The notes under the pieces were generated by a model that was given only the letters and a program-made list of their open reading frames with translations, did no database searches and was not told the DNA's origin. A DNA stretch of 27,524 bases. It comes from Chiloscyllium plagiosum (taxonomy: Eukaryota). A program made the translations under genes and the position numbers. Numbering within the stretch: the first letter of the stretch is position 1; each line of letters starts with the position of its first letter. Location: positions 7,067,095 through 7,094,618 of the forward strand of contig NC_057756.1 in the NCBI RefSeq assembly GCF_004010195.1. Reading direction: 5' to 3'. Shown here piece after piece: positions 12,040 through 23,245 of this stretch.

Positions 12040-14362
12040 AAGCAGGGAGTCAGCGAGAAATTGAGAAGCAAATCTGTCAGGAGATGTGTTATCTGTAAGA
12101 ATTATAGGGTAGTTATGGTAGGGGATTTTAATTTTCCAAACATAGACTGGGACTGCCAAAGTGTTAAGGGTTTCAATGGAGAGGAATTTGTTAAGAGTGT
12201 ACAAGAAAATTTTGTGATTCAACATCTGGATGTACCTACTGGACAAGCTGCAAAGCTTGACCTCCTCTTGAGAAATAAGGCAGGGCAGGTGATTGGTGTC
12301 AGTGGGGGAGCGCAATGGGGCCAGTGACTATAAATCTGTACATTTTCAAATAACTTAGTGATGGAAAAGGATAGACCGCATCTAAATTGAAGGATGGCCA
12401 ATTTTGATGGTATGATGCAAGAACTTTGAACCGTTGAGTGGGAGCAGATTTTCGGAGGTATAAGGACAGCTGGAAAATGAGAAGCCTTCAAAAATGAGAG
12501 AACAAGAGACCAAGGACAGTATATTCCCATTCAGGTGAAATGCAAGGCTAGTTGGTGTAGCGAGTGCTGGATGACTAGAGAAATTGAGTTTTTGCTGAAG
12601 GAAAAGTAATAAATATGTGTCGGGTACAAACAGCAGTGATCGAGTCAATCCTTAAGAGTATAAAGGCTGTAGAGTATACTTATGAAGGAAATCAGGAGGG
12701 CAAAAAGGGGACATGAGATAGCTGTGGCAAATAAGGTTGAGAATCCAAAGGGACTTTTAAAATATATTAAGGACAAAAGGGTAGTGAGAGAGAGAACAGG
12801 GCCCCTTCAAGATCAGCAAGAGAGCCTATGTGTGAAACCACAGGAGTTGGGGAGATGCTAAATGAGTATTTTGCATCGGTGTTTACTGTGGAGAGGGACG
12901 TGGAAAATATAGAATATGGGGAAATAGATGGTGACATTTTGAAAAATGTTCATATTAGAGAGGAGGAGTTGCTGGATGTTTTAAAATGCATAAAATTGGG
13001 GAAATCCCCAGGCCCTGATCAGGTGTACCTTAGAACTCTGTGCAATACTAGGCATGTGATTGCTGGGCCCTTTGCTGAGGTATTTGGATCACTAGTAGTC
13101 ACAGGTGAGATGGGGGAAGATTGGAGATTGGCTAACATGCCACTATTTCAGACAGGTGATAAGGAAAAGCCAGGGAACTTTCCACCAATGAGCCTGACAT
13201 CGGTGGTGGGCAAGTGTTTAAGGATTCCTGAGGGACAGGATTTACATGCATTTGGAAACACAAGGACTGATTAAGAATAGTCAACAGGGCTTTGTACATG
13301 GGAAGTAATATCTCACGAATTTAATTGTTTTTCTTTTGGAATAAGTAATGAAGAGGATTGATAGCAGAGCGGTGGCTGTGATCTATGTGGATTTCAGTAA
13401 GGCATTTTTCAAGGTTCCTCATGGGAGACTGGTTAGCAAGGTTTGATCTCATATAATACAGGGAGAATTGGCCATTTGGATACAGTGCTGGCTTGAAGGT
13501 GGAAGACAGAGGGTAGTGGTGGAGGGTTGCTTTTCAGATTGGAGGCCTGTGACCAGTGCTGTGCTGGAAGGATTGGTGCTGGGTTCACCACTTTTCATCA
13601 TTTATATAACTCATTTGGATGTGAACACACTAAGAATAGTTAGTAAGTTTGCAGATGACACCAAAATTGGAGGTGTCGTGGACAATAACAAAGGTTACCT
13701 CTGAGAACGATGGGGTCTTGATCAGATGGACCAATGGGCTGAGGAATGGCAGGTGGAGTTTAATTTAGATAAATGTGAGGTGCTGAATTTTATGAAGGCA
13801 AATCAGGGCAGGACTTGTACATTTAATGGTAAGTCCTCGGGTGTGTTGCTGAATAAAGAGACCTTCGAGTGCAGCTTCTTAGTTCTTTGAAAGTAGAGTT
13901 GCAGGTACATAGGATAGTGAAGATGTTTGGTAAACTTGCCTTTACTGGTCAGAACATTGCATATAGGAGTTGGGAGGTCATGTTGTGGCCGTACAGGACA
14001 TTGGTTAAGCCACATTTGGAATATTGTTGGAGGATTTGAGCTACCGAAAGAGGCTGAATAGGCTGGGGCTGTTTTCCTTGGAATTTTGGAGGCTGAGGGG
14101 TGATCTTATAGAGGTTTATAAAATCATATGGGGCATGAATAGGGTAAATAGACAAGGTCTTTTCCCTGCGTTGGAAGAGTCCAGAGCTAGAGGACATAGG
14201 TTTAGGATGAAAGGGTTAACAATTAAAAGGGACCTAAAGGGCAACTTTTTTAGGCAGAGGGTAGTGTGTGTATGGAATGAGCTGCCAGAGGAAGTGATGG
14301 AGGCTGGTAGAATTACAACATTCAAAAGCCATCTGGATGGGTATATGAATAGAAAGGATTTA
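12040..14362 (+). mobile_element. CR1 LINE ORF2 remnant (APE endonuclease C-terminus + reverse transcriptase), frameshifted and internally deleted
   Basis: VVMVGDFNFPNIDW and LDLLL (endonuclease); KSPGPDQV, WRLAN, SLTSVVGK, DFSKAF, SKFADDTKIGG (RT); VWNELPEEV. Many stops and frameshifts. PHLEYC joins directly to LEDLSY near 14027. Confidence 0.95.
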
Positions 14363-14853
14363 GAGTGTGCTGGCTGGATTGCTGTGCAGACTGATGCCAA
14401 CAGCACCATTTCAATCCCTGTCCCAACCCTGCTTATTCAGACAGGTCTAACTCCCAGTGTTCAGCCAAATACTGATGTGGAGTGAGCTCCTTATTTCTGA
14501 TTTGTTTTCCCTCTCTCAGATAGAGAGACAGCTATGGTCCCTTCAAGGGGCTACAGCTGTTCTTTGATAATGTCAAATGATACGGGGGTTTTGTTGGTTG
14601 AGTGAAAACAAAAATGAAAAGAGCAAATTAAGAAATTATTGTAAACCATTTGAGGTAAGGTCAAAACTTCATCAAAGTATCAACAACTGGATGATATTCG
14701 TGATCATTGATGCTTTATTAAGAGAATGGAAGAACAAGTTGAAGCAAGAAGAGCAACGTTCAGACTGACATTAACAGAACGACATTTGCTGTGGAGATTT
14801 TGAATTAAACTCTTCAGATACAACAGGGACAGGTGGGACTTGAACTGAGTTGC
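14363..14853 (-). repeat. Inverted duplication copy 1 (contains a putative - strand 3' terminal exon starting at 14788, AATAAA at 14714-14719)
   Basis: Reverse complement of ~20495-20990. About 7 mismatches across 14598-14853; clearly more diverged across 14363-14570. Confidence 0.9.
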
Positions 14854-14961
14854 CATGAAACAATAGTCAGACAAGCTTAATTTTATTCCCTAGTTATAAC
14901 TATCCAGCTGAACACTCTGTTACTTTTCAATGTCTCTGACTATCCTTCAGACAGGTAGGAT

Positions 14962-15600
14962 GCAATTGCTGCAATTACACCAGCCTACAACACCCCATCT
15001 GGCAGCTCATTATACACTCACATGACCATGTGTATGATAAAGTTGCCCCTTGGGTCCCTTTTAAATCTTGCCCCTCTCATCTTAAAGCTTTGCCATCTAG
15101 TTTTGGACTCCCCTAACCTGGGAAAACAGATCTTGGCTCTTCACCCTATCCATGCCCCACATGATTTTATAAACTTTAACATCACCCTTCAGCTCGGATG
15201 CACCAAAGAAACCAACCCCAGCCCATTCAGCCTCTCCCTGTCACTCAAAGCCTCCAGCCCTGTCAAAATCCTTGTAAATATTGTGTGTATCCTTTCAAGT
15301 TCAACAACATCTTTCTGAAAGCAAGGAGACCAGAATTGGAATGTAGATTCCAAATATGAGGTAAGCAATGTCCTGTATTGCTGCAACATGACATCACAAC
15401 TCCTATACTCAATGCACTGACCTTTCAAGACAAGCGTACCTAACGCCTTCTTCACCACTCTGTCTACCTGCGATGCCACCTTCAACGAACTATGAACTTG
15501 TACCCCGAGGTCTCTCTTTCAGCAACACTCGCAGGGCCTTATCATTAAGTGCATAGGTCCTGCACTGATTGGCCTGACCAAAATGCAACACCTAACATTT
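14962..15600 (-). mobile_element. CR1 LINE fragment
   Basis: Minus ORF QVDRVVKKALGTL...FQFWSPCFQKDVVELERIH. Confidence 0.85.
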
Positions 15601-16362
15601 ACAGTCCCACAACAATGTGGTTGACTTTTAACAGCCTTTCATCAAATTAGGAATGGGTGATAAACACTGGTCTTGCCAATGAAAAATTCCAAGTGGGATG
15701 TTTGTGTCAGATGGTTAACAGAGAGTTTACAGTTCAGGCTCTGAGATATTCAAGAGCTGATTTGCAGATCAACACATTCCTGACTGAGAATCACACAACA
15801 GGAAGAACATCCAAAGAAGGAACAAATGTTGGTCACATGGCCCTTCACGTTTGTTCTGCCTTCCACGAAGATCACAGCGGATCGGATTTTAACATCAACT
15901 CCACATTCCTGCACCTTCCCCAATAATCCCACCCACTCTTGGTCATTAAGAATGTGCGTCTCCATACTGAGGCAGCAAAATCCGATCAATCCTTCAGCTA
16001 TACGTTACTGAGGAAAGAAATGTGCTTTCAAAGATATTGGTCTTGTACTCACCAGGACAGAATCACAAGAAAGCCAAGTCTCAAAGAGAACACCAATTTT
16101 GATGAGATGTGGAGAGGGTGCGAGTGACAAATATACTGATTGATCATGGCAATGTGCTGAAGGATTCTCCAGAGAGCAGTTAACTGCAAAGCTTTTGTTT
16201 AAATTTGAATCAGGCCAGTCAATTCTGATTAGTCAATACATGAACCAGAGGAAAGTAAGTACCCAAGGTTGAAAGATCCTGACCTTTTCCTCATAGCCCT
16301 CACTCAAAACCCCATCCAGTTCAGTTGCACATCTCACTTCTCTTCTCTATCATTCAATGTCC

Positions 16363-16790
16363 ATAAGGCCAAAAAAATATAGGAGTAGGAGCAGTCCATT
16401 CAAGCCAGTTCCATCATATAATACGATCAAGGCTGTTCTCATCTCAACCACAACACCACTTTCCTGCCTGGTCTCCAAAGCCGTTTCACCTGCTACTAAT
16501 TAAACATGTGTCTATCTCCTCCTTAAATTTATTCAGTGTACCAGCATTCATTGCACTCTGGGGTATTGAATGTCACAGAATTGACAGAAGTAAATCCTCC
16601 TGATCTCTGCTTTACATTTGCTGCCACTTACCCTTGAACTGATAACCAAGATCGACTCACAAGGGAAAATATCTGCTGCATGTTGACTTTATCAGTCTCC
16701 TTTTGCATCTTTTATATCTTAGATTACTTCGGGTGCTTTCAAACTAGAGTGAATCTGGGCCTCAACTGCTCAATATCTCCTCAGAAGACA
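16363..16790 (-). mobile_element. Old CR1-type LINE 3' end
   Basis: ataggagtaggagcagtccattc...tctatctcctccttaaatttattca...gcactctggggtattgaatgtcacaga is the reverse complement of the tail family seen at 7780-8520. Confidence 0.55.
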
Positions 16791-16869
16791 AAGCTTTCAT
16801 CTCTGGAATTATCTGGAGAACGTTCTCGAAAATGCCTCCAATACAATGGCATCCTGTCCTGTCCAAATT

Positions 16870-17000
16870 CCATTGGCTGTGACCACAGAGGAATTTTCCA
16901 GAAAATTGTGTTATTTTGTTTCACAAGTAATTTGACAGGAATGCTGAGGTCATTTGAGATGTGTGTAACATCACAAGTCATGGTTCTGTCTCAATATAAA
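16870..17000 (+). promoter_or_regulatory. Putative Pol II promoter: TATAAA (16995-17000), reverse CCAAT box (16870-16878), RUNX-like GACCACA (16881-16887), kB-like GGAATTTTCC (16890-16899), MARE/CRE-like TGCTGAGGTCA (16942-16952)
   Basis: Motifs read directly in non-repeat DNA. The TATA box lies ~125 nt upstream of a Kozak-context ATG (acaATG), with no intervening ATG. The short motifs could be chance matches. Confidence 0.55.
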
Positions 17001-17123
17001 GCAGACACCAAGTGAGTATCTGCAGTGAGGAGTGGAGAGCTGTGATCAGGAAGACTGCAGCAGCTCAATAACAGACAGAAGTGACTGATCTGTGCCTCTG
17101 ACAGACCCCATCAAAACTTGACA

Positions 17124-17172
17124 ATGAAGTTGGTTCTTGCTTTCACCATTATCTGCTTGTGCATTGCTCACG
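17124..17172 (+). CDS. First coding exon of a secreted protein: signal peptide MKLVLAFTIICLCIAH + G, phase-1 donor (possibly Ly6/three-finger family)
   Basis: M-K-hydrophobic core of 16 codons plus 1 nt, a consensus donor G|GTAAGT at 17173, an upstream TATA box and a T-rich intron start. The family is inferred only from the nearby LU motif. Confidence 0.75.
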
Positions 17173-17214
17173 GTAAGTCTGTTCTTATTTCATTTATTTT
17201 TGGGATTTCTCTGA

Positions 17215-17308
17215 TGTTGAACTCAATCCTCAGAAGTGTCCAACAAGTAGTTTGTTGAACTCAATCCTCAGTTACCCCCAAAGACACTGAAGTGTCCAAC
17301 AAGTAGTT
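17215..17308. repeat. Two-copy 38-bp tandem duplication with an 18-bp indel
   Basis: tgttgaactcaatcctcag+aagtgtccaacaagtagtt occurs twice; copy 2 has ttacccccaaagacactg between the halves. Confidence 0.9.
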
Positions 17309-17404
17309 ATTTACGCTCAGAGAGGGACACCAATACCCATTCCCGTCCTGGAATCAGTTTGCTAACCAATCAATTGTAACAAACTGATATATCACTGAAC
17401 TCCT

Positions 17405-17733
17405 ACAGTGCAGAAAGAGGACATACATCCATCGAGTCCTACACTGACTCCCAAAGAGCATCCTATCTTGACCCAGCCCTACTCCTATATCCCTGTAACC
17501 CAAAATGTCCTAGTTTGCACATCCCTCGCCACTATGGTCAATTTAGCATGGTCAATCCACCAAGTCTGCACATCTTTGGTCTGTGGGAGGAAACCGGAGC
17601 ACCCGGAGGTTTTCACGCAGACATGGAGAGATCATGCAAACTCCAAACAGACAGTCACTGCAGACTGGAATCACAGCCGGGTCCCTGATGCTTTGAGGCT
17701 GTAGTGGTAACCATTGAGTCACCGTGCCACCCC
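17405..17733 (-). mobile_element. HE1-type SINE
   Basis: Reverse complement begins gggtggcacggtgactcaatggtta. The core tgtgggaggaaaccggagcacccggagg is present. Confidence 0.85.
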
Positions 17734-18394
17734 AAATGCCTTTCCCTCAAATCGTAAGTTTCCCAAAGAGCTTCATTGAATGATTACGAAAAGAGAAGGG
17801 CAACTCCATGTTGTCGAGAGATTTGGGGTCAGATGTTCCAAAGCTTAGTCTTAATAGTCTTAGTCTCCATGAAGTAAAGCGAAGTCAAGAGACAGGGAGG
17901 TGGAGGGAGGAATTTCCAGACTTCAGGCAGTTGAAAACATGGCCACTGCTGATGGAAGGATGGTAATGGCCATTCCTCAGGATGCTCAGCGGAGTTCTGT
18001 CGGTCTCTTTTGAGGAGTTGCAATGATGGGACAGATCACCAGTCTGCTCCCATTTAGGAGATATATGCTCATTTGATGCTAATGTACATTTTCATGAAAA
18101 TAGCATGCGGGAATATGGGAGAAAAGGGCAGGAGATGTGGCGCTTAGTAACAGAACCAGTGCAGGCATGATTAGCTGAATAGTATCCTTCTGCACTGTCA
18201 CAATCCTGCAATTCTGTGATTGCTTCTGGGGCTTCCCCAGTTGGTAGAAACATGGAAGGCAGAGCAGATGCGAAGCTAATTGGAGTCAGGGAACTCATGT
18301 CCTTTCAGGAGACTAGATACTGCAAGTTTCAATGTGTGAAATAGGGTGGGTGAGGCAAGTGGGCAGCTGTGTCCACATAGGTAGCCATAGTTAC

Positions 18395-18546
18395 AGAGTC
18401 ATTGTCATAGGGTATTACAGAATACAAAGAATCCTTTGGCCCATGGAGTCCATGCTGGTCATCAAGCTACTCTACTGTAATCCCATTTCCCAGCGCTTGG
18501 TCCATAGCCTTTTGTGTTACAGCATTTCAAGTGGTCATCTGAATAC
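18395..18546 (-). mobile_element. CR1 3' tail remnant
   Basis: gtcatagggtattacag...tttggccc...aatcccatttcccagcgcttggtccatagcc. Confidence 0.5.
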
Positions 18547-19545
18547 GTCTGACAGAAATGCAATGGTTCTGAGCTCCATCACCATGGAGGGGAAAGAAAC
18601 AACCCCTGGTTAGAGGCCAAGGCATTCTGGGAGATGTTTGGAGAGCACTGGAAGTTGAAACTTCCTGGGAGATTCCCATGTGACAAACACATCAGATCCT
18701 CCACATCTTTGATCACTTCTCCAAAATCTGATGATTTTGCCCCAGAAATCTTGGTCCATCAGTATCATGGAAAGGTTTGACATTCCAAAGTGAAGTCCGC
18801 AGACTGAAAAGTCTGATGATGGAATTTTTGCACTGCCTTTCTGGAAATAATAGCTTTCCTGAACTGCACATACTATTCAAAGTGTGGTTGAACCAATCTC
18901 CGACACAATTTATAATAATTCAATTCAAGAGTTGTGCGTACCACAAGGACCCTCAAATCCATCTATTCTACAGTTTGCTGCGGTCTTTCATCACTTCAAT
19001 CGTATTCAGCTCCTCTAATCTTCCCACCAAAGAGCATAAGCTCACTTTTCCCCCACATTTTATTCCATCTGCCAAGCTTTTGTCCACTCTCTCCACCTGT
19101 CTCTATTCCTCAATAGAAGTTTTCTGTCATCCTGAATTGCCCTTTTACCTGTTTTTCTCCATTATCCCAACTCTCTACGTTCTACTAATTAGCCAATCCT
19201 CAATCCATGATAATATACTTCCCCCAATAATGTAGGCACCCATCGAAGGGATGTAAGTGCCTTATCAGACATGTTTTGGAAATTCCCTTTAAATCTCACA
19301 ATCTTCCCTTGTCAGAAATGGTATTTTGCTGCTTCCCCTGCCCTATCATGATCTCAGAGTCTAATCCTGCACCAGGATCATGGAAGCACACTAAATCATT
19401 AATTCCTTAAACAGCAATGTAGAATGATTCAGTGCAAACCTGAGTCAACTCTCGCTGAGAAACGTGTGGATGTTTTGAGAACAAAGACCAAGAAACAATC
19501 TAAGACAATTGAAATCAGAACCAGGTCCTCATCTGATTTTCATTG

Positions 19546-19731
19546 GCGGCACAGTGGCACAGTGGTTAGCACTGCTGCCTCGCAGCGCCAGAGACCCGGG
19601 TTCAATTCCCGACTCAGGCGACTGACTGTGTGGAGTTTTCACGTTCTCCCTGTGTCTGTGTGGGTTTCCTCCGGGTGCTCCGGTTTCCTCCCACAGTCCA
19701 AAGATGTGCAGGTCAGGTGAATTGGCCATGT
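19546..19731 (+). mobile_element. Young HE1-type SINE running into the gap
   Basis: A box tggcacagtgg, B box ggttcaattcc, core gtgggtttcctccgggtgctccggtttcctcccacagtccaaagatgtgcagg. Confidence 0.9.
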
Positions 19732-20101
19732 NNNNNNNNNNNNNNNNNNNNNNNNNNNNNNNNNNNNNNNNNNNNNNNNNNNNNNNNNNNNNNNNNNNNN
19801 NNNNNNNNNNNNNNNNNNNNNNNNNNNNNNNNNNNNNNNNNNNNNNNNNNNNNNNNNNNNNNNNNNNNNNNNNNNNNNNNNNNNNNNNNNNNNNNNNNNN
19901 NNNNNNNNNNNNNNNNNNNNNNNNNNNNNNNNNNNNNNNNNNNNNNNNNNNNNNNNNNNNNNNNNNNNNNNNNNNNNNNNNNNNNNNNNNNNNNNNNNNN
20001 NNNNNNNNNNNNNNNNNNNNNNNNNNNNNNNNNNNNNNNNNNNNNNNNNNNNNNNNNNNNNNNNNNNNNNNNNNNNNNNNNNNNNNNNNNNNNNNNNNNN
20101 N
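19732..20101. other. Assembly gap
   Basis: Run of N. Confidence 0.99.
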
Positions 20102-20494
20102 CATTGCTGGGTTGGGACAGCTAGGCTCTTGGAAGGAGCAATGCAAAGCTGGATTTGTTTCTAACTCTTTTAATTGGCTGTGCAACTGTCTTAATGTAAC
20201 AATTATAATCTACATGTATTAATGCAATCTATAAGGGGGATGAGGTGTATTCTGGCTTCAACTGTGTATTGATCTGGATGGCAGAACCTTCAGTAATATT
20301 GTCATGCCTTATAAACCGACTTGTAGCAACTTAAAGCCATAATGAGATCGGCAGACCTGCAGGAGCTGTGTGACATCACTGTGATAGTGGGCAGGTAAAC
20401 CCTGTTCACATTGACATACCAGGGAGTGGGCACGAGTGCCTCAGCTGTGCGGTGAAATGTCCACAGATTACTGAAATGGATAGACTCAGGGAAA

Positions 20495-20990
20495 GCAACT
20501 CAGTTCAAGTCCCACCTTTCCCTGTTGTATCTGAAGAGTTTAATTCAAACTCTCCACAGCAAATGTCGTTCTGTTAATGTCAGTCTGAACGTTGCTCTTC
20601 TTGCTTCAACTTGTTCTTCCATTCTCTTAATAAAGCATCAATGATCACGAATATCATCCAGTTGTTCATACTTTGATGAAGTTTTGACCTTACCTCAAAT
20701 GGTTTACCATCATTACTTAATTTGTTCTTTTCATTTTTGTTTTCACTCAATGTCAAATGATACGGGGGTTTTGTTAGTTATCAAGGAAGGAGGTGTAGCC
20801 CCTTGAAGGGACCACGGATGTCTCTGTATTTCCCTTACTCAAATAATCAGAAATAAGCTGCCCGGCCCCATCCCACATCAGTATGTGGGTCAAGACTGGG
20901 AGTCTGACCTACCTGAACGAGCACAGTTGGGACAGGTACTGAAACAGTGTTATTGGCATCAGTCTGCACAGCAATTGAGCCACCACACTG
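20495..20990 (+). repeat. Inverted duplication copy 2 (putative + strand 3' terminal exon from 20560, AATAAA at 20629-20634)
   Basis: Reverse complement of 14363-14853. Contains acceptor actctccacag|c, AATAAA and a downstream GT/T-rich tract. Confidence 0.9.
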
Positions 20991-21245
20991 CTTGATCAGT
21001 AAAAAGAGAAGCTAGATTCTCTCAGAATTGCAATGGCCTAAATGGCCCAGTCTCTGGATGGTCAGGTATCTAATGTATAGATTAGAGTGGTGCTGGAAAA
21101 GCACAGGTCAGGCAGTATGCAAGAAGATTCACGGTAGGGTTAAGGATGCCTGCCTTGAAGAAGTTTTCCTCCTCTCTCTACATGAATCTCTGAGTCTCTC
21201 TCACTGCAACCCCCAGGTCATCTCCTCTGCCCTGAAGACTCTATG

Positions 21246-21461
21246 CTGGTGGTATTAGCATTGGACTGTTAATTCAGAGACCCAGATAATGTTCCGGGCA
21301 CCGAAGTTTGAATCTCCACCAAGGCTGATGGTGGAATTTTAACTCCAGATTTAAAAAAAAAGCATTCAAATTCCACCATCAGCCATGGTGGAGATTCAAA
21401 CTTCGGTCCCCGGAACATTATCTGGGTCTTTGAATTAACAGTCCAATGGTAATACCACCAG
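21246..21461. mobile_element. Fold-back pair of tRNA-SINE 5' heads
   Basis: ~90-bp inverted arms (ctggtggtatta...gatggtggaattt / aaattccaccatc...taataccaccag) with a few mismatches, around a short A-rich spacer. Confidence 0.8.
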
Positions 21462-21625
21462 GCTGTTCCTTCCCTTTAAAAGGTACTCACACCCTATTAC
21501 CCATGTTCCTCACATGCCAACCCACACTATCACCCTACGCTTTCATCCACTCATCCATTCCCTCACCATGACAGTGAATAGAGTCATAGAGATGTACAGC
21601 ATGGAAACAGACCCTTCATCCAAAC

Positions 21626-21803
21626 AGGAGAAAGTGAGGGCTGCAGATGCTGGAGATCAGAGCTGAAAAATGTGTTGCTGGAAAAGCGCAGCAGGTCAGG
21701 CAACATCAAAGGAGCAGGAGAATCGACGTTTCGGGCATAAGCCCTTCTTCAGGAATGAGGAGGGTGTGCCAAGCAGGCTGAGATAAAAGGTAGGGAGGAG
21801 GGA
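21626..21803 (-). mobile_element. Penelope pseudo-LTR fragment
   Basis: Same family as 24379-24600. Reverse complement contains cctgaagaagggcttatgcccgaaacgtcgattctcc. Preceded by a short CR1 tail (21579-21622). Confidence 0.75.
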
Positions 21804-22329
21804 ATGTGAAGAAATAAGGACTGCTGTAATTTATTGTATTTTCCACCTGTCTGCATACAGTGGTAATTTGCTTACTTCTTTCTATTTATCCCTGAGCGAT
21901 ATCTCAACTCAGATAATTACTGAGTATATCTCGTTAGTCACAGACACTACTTTCCAGTGAGCAAACTCTTCTAATAAATAGAAAGACTGTCATTTTTTTA
22001 ATTGTGAGAAGAAATGACAAATAACTTTTCAAAACAAAACCCAATGTTTTAAAGGATGGCTGCATATTTGGAAAAGCAAGTAATCTGATATTCATGATAA
22101 AGTGTGATGTGTGTAGTTGCTTGAACAAACAGCAGTCAAAGTTTTGGGTTGCACATGAGTTGGAGCCAAGGGGTTCTGTGCAAAGAAGAAAGTGGGTGAC
22201 ATTTTGCCTGTCATTAATTAGATAATTGGTTGTCAGGCAACCTAATAGTTTGGGGCTGGGAACAAGACACAGAGAGAAGTCTTTTGATCTCTGCCTGCTC
22301 AGGAGCTTTCAAGTCCATTCTTTTTTTTT

Positions 22330-23245
22330 AATTAATTCATGGGATGTCGATGTCACTGTCTGCCCACCCCTAATTGTCCCTTGTGAAGGTGCGGATGAGC
22401 AGCTTTCTTGAACTGCTGCAGTCCATGTTCTGGAGGTTGACCCTCAGTACTGTGAGGGAGGGAATTTCAGAATTTTAACCCAGCAAAAGTGAAGGAAAAG
22501 TGATAGATTTCCAAGTCAAGATGGTGAGTGGCTTGGAGGGGAATTTGCAGAGTTTGGTGTTCCGATGTATCTGCTGCCTTTGTCCCTCTAGATGGAAGCA
22601 GTTGTGGGTTTGGAAGGATCTTTTAAGGATGCTGTTTAAGGATCTTTTGTGAATTTCCACAGTGCATCTTGTAGATATTACACACTGTCTCTCCTGAGTG
22701 TTGGTAATGGAAGCAGTGGATATTTGTAGGTGTGGTGCCAGTCAAGTAGGCTGCTTTGTTCTGGATGGTGTAAAATCTCCTGAGTAATGTTTCCATTACA
22801 TCCATCCAGGCAAGTGGGGAGTATCCAATCACACTCCTGATTTGTGCCTTATAGACTATAGACAGGCTTTGCGCAGTCAGGAGGTAAGTTACTCACCAGA
22901 GTATTCCTAACTTGTGGCCTGCTCTTGTAGCCACTGTGTGTCTCTACCGAGTCCAGTTGAGTTTCAATGATAATCCCCAGGACGTTGATAGTAGACGTAG
23001 TAATAACATTGAATTTCAAGGGACGGTGGTTAGGTTGACTCTGGTGATGGTCATGGCCTGGCATTTATGTGTGTTTGAGAATGTTACTTGCCACTTGTCA
23101 GCCCAAACCTGGATTCTATCCAGATCTGGTTCCATTTGAACAAGGATTCGTTCAGTATCTGAGCAGTTATGAATGGCGCTGAATTGTGCAATCAGTGAAC
23201 ACCCACACTTTCGACCTTATGATGGAGAGAAGGTCACTGATGAGC
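22330..23245 (-). mobile_element. Decayed LINE (CR1/L2 clade) 3' portion
   Basis: Minus ORF pieces YSPLAWM...IQNKAAYL and LCKFPSKPLTILTWK, ending at cccatgaattaataaaaaaaa (reverse complement). Confidence 0.75.

Noticed and set aside
12040..14362. Active or domesticated reverse transcriptase gene
   Set aside because: Multiple stops, frameshifts and an internal deletion; an ordinary dead CR1 copy.
17215..17308. CRISPR-like repeat-spacer pattern
   Set aside because: Only two copies, in a vertebrate context with no cas genes; this is a simple tandem duplication.
19316..19410. Acceptor followed by EMVFCCFPCP... as exon 2 of the leader gene
   Set aside because: It lacks the later cysteines and a donor, and ends in a stop. 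It cannot be excluded but is unsupported.
19546..19620. tRNA gene
   Set aside because: The A/B boxes belong to a SINE head that continues directly into the HE1 core.
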